32,000 bases of DNA from Peristeroidobacter soli (GTDB lineage: Bacteria; Pseudomonadota; Gammaproteobacteria; Steroidobacterales; Steroidobacteraceae): positions 338,803-370,802 of the forward strand of contig NZ_RYEV01000004.1 of assembly GCF_004138485.1 (NCBI RefSeq). Reading direction: 5' to 3'. The translations under genes were made by a program, and so were the position numbers. The notes below the pieces were generated by a model. It worked only from the letters and a program-made list of their open reading frames with translations, had not been told where the DNA came from and searched no databases. Numbering within the stretch: position 1 is the first letter of the stretch; each line of letters starts with the position of its first letter. Below, in pieces: positions 7,787-15,507 of this stretch.

Positions 7787-8976
7787 TGGCTCGAATACTC
7801 GTTACGGACGGAGACAATCGCTCCGCGCTCGCAGCCACTCGCGCCCTGGGCGAGCTCGGGCACACCGTGTTCACGGCATCGGAGGCGCATCCATCGCTCG
7901 CCTCGGTGTCGAAACATTCGGCCGGCTTCGATGCCTACAGCAGCCCGTATCGCGCGCCGGATCAGTTCGTCAGAAACGTCGCAGCGATCGCCGAGCGCCG
8001 GCAGATCGACGTGCTGTTGCCGATGACGGAGATCACGACGATCCTGCTGACCCGTGCGCGGGATCTGCTGCCGCCGAAGGTTCGCATTCCCTTTCCGGAC
8101 GCCGACATCGTCGCGACCGCCGCGGATAAGTCGAAAGTGCTGCAGCTCGCCTCCGAGATCGGCGTGCCGATTCCGAAGACACTGGTGGTCGACGCGCCCG
8201 ATGAGATCGATCTGGTGTTACAGCGCGTGGAATATCCGGCCGTGTTCAAACCTGCGCGCTCCCGTGCCTGGAATGGCGAGCGCTGGATTTCGGGCGGCAC
8301 CGGCTACTCGCACACCGCCGAAGATCTGCGCGCGCGGCTCACCAAACTGGATCCCGCCATTTTCCCGGTGCTGATCCAGGAGCGCATTCAAGGCCCCGGC
8401 GTCGGTGTGTTCGTCTGTTGCGGCCAGGATTCGCAAGTGCTCGCGACCTTCGCGCATCGGCGCCTGCGAGAGAAGCCGCCGTCGGGCGGTGTGAGCGTGC
8501 TGTGTGAGAGCGCGCCGGTCGATCCGGTCGCGAAGGAACATGCCATTCATCTGCTTCGAAGCATCGGCTGGCTCGGCGTCGCCATGGTGGAGTTCAAGCA
8601 GGACTCGCGCACCGGCGCTTTGAAGCTGATGGAAATCAACGGCCGCTTCTGGGGGTCGTTGCAGCTCGCGATCGATGCCGGCGTGAATTTCCCGCGCCTC
8701 GCGGTGGATATCGCATTGGAACAGGCAAAGCCCATCGACAGCTACCGCGTCGGCGTGCGCTCGCGCTGGTTCTGGGGCGATGTGGACGCGATGGTCGCGC
8801 TGTTGTTGCGCAGTCGCTCGCAGCTCAACCTGCCCGAGGTCCATCCAGGCCGCTGGCGCACGCTGCTGAGCTTTCTGAAGCTGTGGCAACCGCGCACCCG
8901 TTACGAGCTCGAGCGTGCCGGCGATCCGCGTCCCGCGCTGCTCGCCGCGCGACGCTGGTTGCTCAATCGGGACTGA
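7786..8976 (+). CDS. ATP-grasp domain protein (carboxylate-amine/peptide ligase type)
   Basis: The track ORF 7162..8976 carries a non-coding-looking 208-aa extension that overlaps the deacetylase gene. An in-frame GTG at 7786 overlaps the upstream TAG (TAGTG) and gives VARILVTDGDNRSALAATRALGELGH, a typical ATP-grasp N-terminus. Other motifs are VFKPARS, LIQERIQG and GVAMVEFK...KLMEINGRFWGS. Confidence 0.8.
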   Translation: MARILVTDGDNRSALAATRALGELGHTVFTASEAHPSLASVSKHSAGFDAYSSPYRAPDQFVRNVAAIAERRQIDVLLPMTEITTILLTRARDLLPPKVRIPFPDADIVATAADKSKVLQLASEIGVPIPKTLVVDAPDEIDLVLQRVEYPAVFKPARSRAWNGERWISGGTGYSHTAEDLRARLTKLDPAIFPVLIQERIQGPGVGVFVCCGQDSQVLATFAHRRLREKPPSGGVSVLCESAPVDPVAKEHAIHLLRSIGWLGVAMVEFKQDSRTGALKLMEINGRFWGSLQLAIDAGVNFPRLAVDIALEQAKPIDSYRVGVRSRWFWGDVDAMVALLLRSRSQLNLPEVHPGRWRTLLSFLKLWQPRTRYELERAGDPRPALLAARRWLLNRD

Positions 8977-8979
8977 TCT

Positions 8980-10317
8980 TCAGGTCGCGGGAATCTGCTC
9001 GGCGCCCGGACGCAGGCGTCGCATCCCCGAACGTTTCTTCGCGGTGGCGGGTGCGTCGACCAATCCCGCCTCCTCCGCCATCACGCGACGCAGGGCCACG
9101 CATACGCCGACCATCACAAAGATATGCGGGTAATACGTCACCGACAGGAACCCACCGGCAATGGCGAGACCGATGACGCTGCCGTTGTAGGCGTTGAGCG
9201 CGCGAATATCGGCGGCGAATCGGGTCGGCTCCTTGAGTCGCACCTGCTCCTCTTCGAGCCGCTTGCGCAACCGTGCGTTGCTCCTGAAGTTGCCGAACAC
9301 GAGCTTGAACAACATCAGCAAGCCCAGGATGCCCAGCTCACCCAGGATCAGGAAGTACATGGAATGCGCCGTCATCCAGCGCACCGGCGCATCGGGGCCG
9401 CGATACTTCGGGAAGTTGTTGGGGAAGTTGCCGGCGCCCACACCGAGCGGATTGTGTAACGCCATCTTGGTGCCGGCGCGCCACGCATGGATACGACCCT
9501 CGGCGGAGCTGTCCTCTTGAGGCGCGGAGAGCGTGCCCATGCGCTCGAAGTACACGGCCGGTGCATACAACAGCACGCCGAGCACGGCGACGATGATCGC
9601 GACGACACCCACGGCCTTGCGCGGGCTGCGCCACCACATGTAACCGAACACGCCCATCATGCCGAGCGTCGCGCCTCGCGACTGGGTACCGATGATGGTC
9701 AGCACCAGCAGGCCCAGCAGACTCCAGCTGAAGATCTTCTTGAATCTGGAGGTCTGATTGAGCGCGATGTTGAGCTGGAAGCCGAGCAGGATGCACATCG
9801 ACATCGAATAGTCGTTGCCGTCGCCCAGGAACGTCGCGCCAATGACGTAGTGCCGCGTGGTCGGCGAGAGCACGACCTCGGGGTTCATGACCAGCAGGAA
9901 CAGATGCGAGACGATCAGCGTCAACGCCACGCCATTCACCCGCTCGCGACTCGTACAGATGCGTACGATCATGATGTAGATGAACAGATAGCCGAGCATC
10001 TTCTGGAACACGATGAAGGAGTACCCTCCCACCGTCGCCCAGAGCATCGATGCCAGCACCGCACCCAGAAAGATGAACGGCCACTTGGCGAGCCCGTCGG
10101 CAAAGATCCGGTTCCACGGTCGCAGGCCTTTCGCGAAACACGTGATCACGAACAGCAGCAGCGGGATGGCGCTGTTCAGCGGCACGAGCGCCAGCGGCTT
10201 GAAGTAAGCGGCCGGACGGCCGTACTCGAAGAACAGGGCGAGCAGCAGCCACCAGTAGAGATACCGAGTACTCTTCTCGGCCTCCTCGGGGCTCATCTCC
10301 TTGGCTCTGGTTCTCAC
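8980..10317 (-). CDS. O-antigen ligase/Wzy-like polytopic membrane protein (exosortase A-associated putative O-glycosylation ligase/polymerase type)
   Basis: 445-aa ORF with about 10 or more hydrophobic helices and a periplasmic loop containing RIHAWRAG...HNPLGVGAGNF, typical of the Wzy_C/O-antigen ligase family. The GTG at 10317 overlaps the upstream stop (GTGA). An alternative ATG lies at 10296. Confidence 0.75.
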   Translation of the reverse strand: MRTRAKEMSPEEAEKSTRYLYWWLLLALFFEYGRPAAYFKPLALVPLNSAIPLLLFVITCFAKGLRPWNRIFADGLAKWPFIFLGAVLASMLWATVGGYSFIVFQKMLGYLFIYIMIVRICTSRERVNGVALTLIVSHLFLLVMNPEVVLSPTTRHYVIGATFLGDGNDYSMSMCILLGFQLNIALNQTSRFKKIFSWSLLGLLVLTIIGTQSRGATLGMMGVFGYMWWRSPRKAVGVVAIIVAVLGVLLYAPAVYFERMGTLSAPQEDSSAEGRIHAWRAGTKMALHNPLGVGAGNFPNNFPKYRGPDAPVRWMTAHSMYFLILGELGILGLLMLFKLVFGNFRSNARLRKRLEEEQVRLKEPTRFAADIRALNAYNGSVIGLAIAGGFLSVTYYPHIFVMVGVCVALRRVMAEEAGLVDAPATAKKRSGMRRLRPGAEQIPAT

Positions 10318-11498
10318 GAAGGTCTGCCGACGAGCGTCTGGTAGATTCGAGTCAGTTTCTCGGTGCGAACGTCGAACGAGTAGTTGCGCAGGATACCCTG
10401 GTGCGCGCGCTCCGCCATCCGCACGAAGTCCTGCGGTCGCTCCAGGAATTGCGCGATTCCGTCGGTGAGTTGCTGCAGCGTGGGCTGGATCAGCCAGCCG
10501 GATTCCTGGTGAGCAATGACTTCCGCGGTCCCGCCCACCGCCGTTGCGACGATCGGCACGCGCAGATACGCCGCCTCGAGGATCACGTTGGGCAACCCTT
10601 CGGTGAACGAGCTCTGCACGACCAGATCGATGTCAGCATACAGACGGGGCATGTCCTTCACGTAGCCGACGAATTCGACGCGCTCCTCCAGCCCCAAGTT
10701 CCTCGCCACCGAGCGCAGCTGTTCCTCGAGCGGCCCGATGCCCGCGAACTTCAGCCGCAGTTTCGGCCATCGCGGCGTCAGCGCGTGCATCGCGTTGAGC
10801 AGCATCTCCTGTCCCTTCTCCGGCGACAGGCGACCGACGTTCACCATCGTGACTTCGCCAGTTGGATCGATCGGACGACGCGGCTTGTTGACGGTCTCGC
10901 TGCCGTACGACTTGAGCACCAGGGCGTTACGCAACACCGTCGCCTGCGATTCCGGCAACCACCAGCGCGGCACCAGCGAGCGAGTCGCCTCCGACACGAT
11001 GATCACGTGATCGAAGCGCCGGAACATCATCTTGTCGAGCAGACGCACGACGCGCCGACGCCAGGTATTCGCGATCCAGCCATGCGCGGTCGCGACCAGG
11101 CGCAGCTTCGGCCGGCGGCGTTTGATGATCTGAGCGATCAGACTGGAGCGAAACTCGCTGGTGTGCAACAGGTCGATCTGCCGGTCATCGATGATCTGCA
11201 GAATGGGATCGATCAGCTCGTTGCCGAGCCGGCCATGATCGGCCAGTGCCGTCACGCTGATACCGCGCTGCCTCGCCGCGTCCACCAGCGGATGCTCGCC
11301 TTCGCGCTTCGCCACCAGCACGCCGATGTGAAATTCCACGCGCGCCGGATCGAGGTGCGAGCCGGTTTCGAGAATCGTGCGGCCCGGCCCGTCGACCCAG
11401 GGCGAATCGCGTAAGTGCAGGACGCGGATCGGCGGCTGGCCGACGTTGCGAGCAGCGTCCTGGTCGCGATCGGTCTGGAACTTCGGCTGCGTGCTCAT
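10314..11498 (-). CDS. Glycosyltransferase family 1 (PEP-CTERM/EpsH-locus sugar transferase type)
   Basis: 394-aa ORF with ATG at 11498. Contains IRVLHLRDSPWVDGPGR, GRLSPEKG and the EGLPNVILEAAYLRVPIV (E-x7-E) region. Confidence 0.85.
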   Translation of the reverse strand: MSTQPKFQTDRDQDAARNVGQPPIRVLHLRDSPWVDGPGRTILETGSHLDPARVEFHIGVLVAKREGEHPLVDAARQRGISVTALADHGRLGNELIDPILQIIDDRQIDLLHTSEFRSSLIAQIIKRRRPKLRLVATAHGWIANTWRRRVVRLLDKMMFRRFDHVIIVSEATRSLVPRWWLPESQATVLRNALVLKSYGSETVNKPRRPIDPTGEVTMVNVGRLSPEKGQEMLLNAMHALTPRWPKLRLKFAGIGPLEEQLRSVARNLGLEERVEFVGYVKDMPRLYADIDLVVQSSFTEGLPNVILEAAYLRVPIVATAVGGTAEVIAHQESGWLIQPTLQQLTDGIAQFLERPQDFVRMAERAHQGILRNYSFDVRTEKLTRIYQTLVGRPS

Positions 11499-11499
11499 G

Positions 11500-12630
11500 C
11501 TATTTCGGCCGCTGCGTCGGCTGCCACACTTCGACGCGATTGCCGACCAGCCACAAGGCCAAGGCCTTGAGCGCGGCCGCGTTCACGAGAACGAAGAAGG
11601 CGCTCAGGCGCACCAGGGTGAGACGCGCGGCGAGCGCGGGCCAGACCATGCCGGCGACCGCGGCCACGTACAACACGATCTGCACGACGAACAATCCCAG
11701 ATACAACGGCTGTCCGCGCAAGAGATAGGCCGCGACCAGGCACCCCACCATCGGCAGTGGCGCGAGCCAGCGCATCAGCTTGTGCGACCAGAGAATGAAT
11801 GAGAACGCCGGATGGCGGAACGGATTCAACAGGCCCACGTTGCCGAACAACGCGGTGATGCCTCGCAGGAACGTTCGTACCTTGCGAGTGAATTCGGCGC
11901 GCTGACTGGACGTGGCGGTCATCGAGCCGCGAGCCAGCGGCTCGGCGAGTGCACGCTTGCCCTGACGGACGGTGTTGAGCACGGACAGAAAGTCCGGGGC
12001 CATGCCCGAGCGGAACGGCTCGCACAGCTCGCGCCGCTGACCGTAGAAACATCCGCTCGCACCGGCGATGGAATGCAGTCGTGCCTCTTCCCGGCGCAAC
12101 AACAACTCCAGCTTGCCGTACAGGCCTTCGGTCTCCGAGCCCTCGATGTAATCCTCACCGGAGACGCAGCCGATCTCAGGATCGGTGAAATGCCCGACCA
12201 GATTTCGCAGCGAAGGACGATCGAGCAGGATGCCCGCGTCGGTGAACACGACGATCTCGCCGGTGGCGCGCTCCAGGCCCGCGTTCAGGCCCGAGGCTTT
12301 ACCGCCGCGCCCCTCCAGCGGCACGACGGTGACGAGGCCCTGCCCCGCCGCCATCGCTCGCTCCAGGCTGTCGTCGGTGCAGCCATCGCCAATCACCAGG
12401 ATCTGCATCTTGTCGCGCGGATAGTCCAGCGACAGCAGATTCTCGACCTTCGCGCCGATGCGCCGGGCTTCGTTGTGCACCGGCATGATGATGGTAACGG
12501 TCGGCTCGTGACGCACGTCGGCGACGTGCGCGCGTCGCCCGCCGAGCCGGTTGCAAGCAACCAGCACGAGGGGATAGATGGCGTACGGATACGCCACCAG
12601 CAACGCACAGATCCAGAACAACGCTTCCAC
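11500..12630 (-). CDS. Membrane-anchored glycosyltransferase family 2
   Basis: 376-aa ORF with GTG start. N-terminal TM helix, then VTIIMPVHNE, GDGCTDDS and VFTDAGILLD (the DxD-like region), followed by several C-terminal TM helices. This is a synthase-like topology. Confidence 0.8.
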   Translation of the reverse strand: MEALFWICALLVAYPYAIYPLVLVACNRLGGRRAHVADVRHEPTVTIIMPVHNEARRIGAKVENLLSLDYPRDKMQILVIGDGCTDDSLERAMAAGQGLVTVVPLEGRGGKASGLNAGLERATGEIVVFTDAGILLDRPSLRNLVGHFTDPEIGCVSGEDYIEGSETEGLYGKLELLLRREEARLHSIAGASGCFYGQRRELCEPFRSGMAPDFLSVLNTVRQGKRALAEPLARGSMTATSSQRAEFTRKVRTFLRGITALFGNVGLLNPFRHPAFSFILWSHKLMRWLAPLPMVGCLVAAYLLRGQPLYLGLFVVQIVLYVAAVAGMVWPALAARLTLVRLSAFFVLVNAAALKALALWLVGNRVEVWQPTQRPK

Positions 12631-12690
12631 GCAGATCGTCTCGCATCAGCAAACAAGCGGCGCGGCCCGTGCGCCCGATTGAAAATCAGC

Positions 12691-13680
12691 TCAGAGATTC
12701 AGTTCCGTGACGGGCTCGACCAGCACCGGCTTCAGGTGCATGTAGCGAGTCGCGCGACGCTTCGCCTCGATGTCGCGGAACACGTTCTGCGCCTGCTGAA
12801 CCGTGACACCGATGACCGGCGCCAGCTCTTCGGCGCTATGACCATTGTTGAGCGCGTACAGCGCCAGATCCATCTGCGCGTACGGCAACGCGAAGTAGAA
12901 CTCGTCCTGGCCCTGCGACAGGCTGTAAGTGTCCGTCGTCGGAATCGCGTCGCAGATCTCCTTCGGCAGCTGCATGTGACGCGCCAGCGCGTACACCTGC
13001 GACTTGTAGAGATGCGCGATCGGCTTCACGTCGGCGCTGCCGTCGCCGTTCTTCACGAAGAAGCCCTGGTCGTACTCCAGGCGGTTCGGCGTGCCGATGA
13101 CGGCGTAGTTCAGGCGGTCGGCATGGAAATACTCGACCGTCTTGCGGATGCGCTGCTTGTGATTGGTCGCCGCGACGATCTGCAGATACTCCTTCAGGCC
13201 CAGGCGCTCCTGCTTCATCTCGCCGCTCGGGGTCTGCACCACCAGCTGGAAATGATTGATCTGGCCTTCCAGACCGCCGCTGATGACGATCTTGTTCTTC
13301 CAGCCTTCGCCGTACTCAGGAAACACTTTGCGGATCGCATCGTCGCGCCACTTGTAACAGCCGATGCCTTCGAGCGCCGGCGCGATGTCGAACACTTCGT
13401 ACTTGATGCCCAGGTGCTCGGCGAGCTGACGGCCGCGCGAGGTGCTGAAGCCCGAGGAGTCTTTCTCAGGCAGCATCAGGCCATAGACCTTGTCCTTGCC
13501 CAGCGCCTTCACGCACAGCGCCGAGCTCACGGAGCTGTCGATGCCGCCGGACATGGCGCAGACGAAGCCGCGACGGCCCACGTCCTTGGATAGAATGGAG
13601 CGCAAGCGCGTAACGATGTGCTCGATGACGCGATCGTTGTCCATCTCCAGGACTTTCGGGTCGAGTTTGCGTGCGGCCAT
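12691..13680 (-). CDS. NAD synthetase (NadE)-family PP-loop ATP pyrophosphatase, ammonia-type, no glutaminase domain; paralog embedded in the EPS operon
   Basis: The track ORF starts at a TTG (13686). The ATG at 13680 has AAGAGGA 6 nt upstream and is preferred. The PP-loop motif is CAMSGGIDSSV. Length of about 329 aa and the C-terminal region are typical of the NAD_synthase family. Confidence 0.75.
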   Translation of the reverse strand: MAARKLDPKVLEMDNDRVIEHIVTRLRSILSKDVGRRGFVCAMSGGIDSSVSSALCVKALGKDKVYGLMLPEKDSSGFSTSRGRQLAEHLGIKYEVFDIAPALEGIGCYKWRDDAIRKVFPEYGEGWKNKIVISGGLEGQINHFQLVVQTPSGEMKQERLGLKEYLQIVAATNHKQRIRKTVEYFHADRLNYAVIGTPNRLEYDQGFFVKNGDGSADVKPIAHLYKSQVYALARHMQLPKEICDAIPTTDTYSLSQGQDEFYFALPYAQMDLALYALNNGHSAEELAPVIGVTVQQAQNVFRDIEAKRRATRYMHLKPVLVEPVTELNL

Positions 13681-13703
13681 GAACAATCCTCTTGAACCTG
13701 TTT

Positions 13704-15218
13704 TTAAGCCAGTTTGAAACGTTGAACCTTGCCCGAGGCCGTGCGCGGCAGCACCGCGGCGAACTCGACGATTTTAGGCACTTTGTAGCTGGCCAGCTGC
13801 TGGCGACAATGCGCCTTGATGCCACGCAAATCCGCCGGCGCGCCTTCGCGCAGCACGATCACGGCTTTGATGGACTGGCCCAGCACTTCATCGGCGATCC
13901 CGGTGACCGCCACTTCCTGGACGCCGGGGAACGTCGCGAGCACTTCCTCGACTTCCTGCGGGCTCACTCGGAACGCGCCGACCTTGATCATCTCGACAGC
14001 GCGGCCGTCGATATACAGAAACCCTTCGCTGTCGAGGTGACCGAGATCGCCGGTGTGCAACCAGCCGTCACGCAACACCTGCGAGGTGAGCTCCGGCTCG
14101 CGCCAGTAACCCAACATGATGTTCGGGCCGCGCGCGCAGATCTCACCGATCTCACCCGTCGGCACGACCTGGCCGTCGCTGCGCACTTCGATCTCGACCC
14201 CGGGCAGCGGCATGCCAACCGAACCGAGCTTGGCTTCGAGATGTTCCGGGGCGAGATAGCTCAGACGAGCGGTCGCCTCGGTCTGGCCGTACATGATGAA
14301 CACCTGAGTGTGCGGCAACTGTTGCCGCAGCTTCTCAATCTGCGCCCGCGGCATCGAGCCGCCGGCCTGCGTGAGATAACGCAGTTTGCCCAGATCGAAA
14401 TCGCTCAACTGACAGCGTCCCAGCAACAATGCGAACGTCGATGGCACGCCGGGGAAGCCGGTCACGCCCTCCTCCTGCATCTTCTTCAGCGTCTGCTGAG
14501 GGAATGCAAAGTTGTCTTCCAGCAGCAGCTGCGCGCCCGAGATCAGGTTGCTGTTGAGCACCGAGCTGCCGTAGGAAAAATGAAACGGCAGACCGCACAG
14601 CACTTTGTCGTTCGGCGTGATCTGCAGATAGGCGGCGATGGCGCGAGCATTGGCCACCAGATTGCCGTTGCTCAACAACACACCCTTCGGGCGCGACGTG
14701 GTGCCCGAGGTATAGATCATCATCGCCGGCGCTTCGATCTGCCCCTCGGGCAGATTCAACTCAGACTCAACCGCGCCCTCGCCCGTCAGCGCCGCACAGA
14801 GCGCATCGCATCCGGCGGGACCCGGCTGCAGATCGAGCGTCACCACCAGCGGCACGTTCGCACCGATCGCCGCACTCAGCGTGCTCCACTCCTGATGTTG
14901 CGGATCGGCGATGACCGCGCCACAGCCGGCATGCTCGATCTGTCGCGACAACACGCTGGCGCGCTCCTGCACGTTCAACGGCACGGCAACGCAGCCAGCG
15001 GCGATGACACCGAAGTAACTCGCCACGTAGTGCGGCGAGTTACGCACCAGCAAGGCCACGCGCGCGCCCGGCTCGAGCTCGCGCAGCCTGCCCTGCATGC
15101 AACCGACCGCACGACGCAGCTGCGCATACGTCCACACCCCGCCGTGCCACGACAACGCCGGTGCGTCCGGCATCTGCCGGGCGATCCAGTCGAAGTCGTG
15201 TACCAGGGAGGCGCTCAT
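13704..15218 (-). CDS. AMP-forming adenylating ligase (ANL superfamily; exosortase A-associated acyl-CoA/acyl-carrier ligase type)
   Basis: 504-aa ORF. ANL core motifs are present: MIYTSGTTSRPKGV, MYGQTEAT, HTGDLGHLDSEGFLYIDGR and the C-terminal SGKVQR. Confidence 0.9.
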   Translation of the reverse strand: MSASLVHDFDWIARQMPDAPALSWHGGVWTYAQLRRAVGCMQGRLRELEPGARVALLVRNSPHYVASYFGVIAAGCVAVPLNVQERASVLSRQIEHAGCGAVIADPQHQEWSTLSAAIGANVPLVVTLDLQPGPAGCDALCAALTGEGAVESELNLPEGQIEAPAMMIYTSGTTSRPKGVLLSNGNLVANARAIAAYLQITPNDKVLCGLPFHFSYGSSVLNSNLISGAQLLLEDNFAFPQQTLKKMQEEGVTGFPGVPSTFALLLGRCQLSDFDLGKLRYLTQAGGSMPRAQIEKLRQQLPHTQVFIMYGQTEATARLSYLAPEHLEAKLGSVGMPLPGVEIEVRSDGQVVPTGEIGEICARGPNIMLGYWREPELTSQVLRDGWLHTGDLGHLDSEGFLYIDGRAVEMIKVGAFRVSPQEVEEVLATFPGVQEVAVTGIADEVLGQSIKAVIVLREGAPADLRGIKAHCRQQLASYKVPKIVEFAAVLPRTASGKVQRFKLA

Positions 15219-15229
15219 GCGTGGCTCGA

Positions 15230-15484
15230 TCAGGCAGCCTGGCGCTTGGCAACGAAGGCGGCGATCTTGTTCACGCCGTCCAGGTTGTCCGGCACCATCT
15301 CCTCATCCTTCACCTTCACGCCCAGCTGCTCTTCGATGAAGAAGATGATTTCCAGCATGCCGGTGGAGTCGACGATGCCGCGCTCGAGCAGCGAGTCGTC
15401 GAGGCCGAGCGCCGACTTGTCATCGGTGAACAAATAATTTTCCAGGATGAAACCGCGGATCTGTTCGCGCAGCGCATCGGTCAT
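15230..15484 (-). CDS. Acyl/peptidyl carrier protein
   Basis: 84-aa ORF with GAGGA upstream. GIVDSTGMLEIIFFIEEQLG carries the phosphopantetheine-attachment Ser in a DSxG context. It is sandwiched between the amidotransferase and the ligase. Confidence 0.85.
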   Translation of the reverse strand: MTDALREQIRGFILENYLFTDDKSALGLDDSLLERGIVDSTGMLEIIFFIEEQLGVKVKDEEMVPDNLDGVNKIAAFVAKRQAA

Positions 15485-15507
15485 GAGTCATTCCTCGATT
15501 TACGAAC

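Noticed and set aside
12631-12690. Weak hairpin (GGCGC-ACGGGCC-GCGCC) followed by TTGTTTG on the minus strand between the NadE-like gene and the membrane GT2, as a possible attenuator or terminator
   Set aside because: The stem is only 5 bp with a 7-nt loop and the U-tract is interrupted. That is not enough to call a terminator inside what otherwise looks like one operon.
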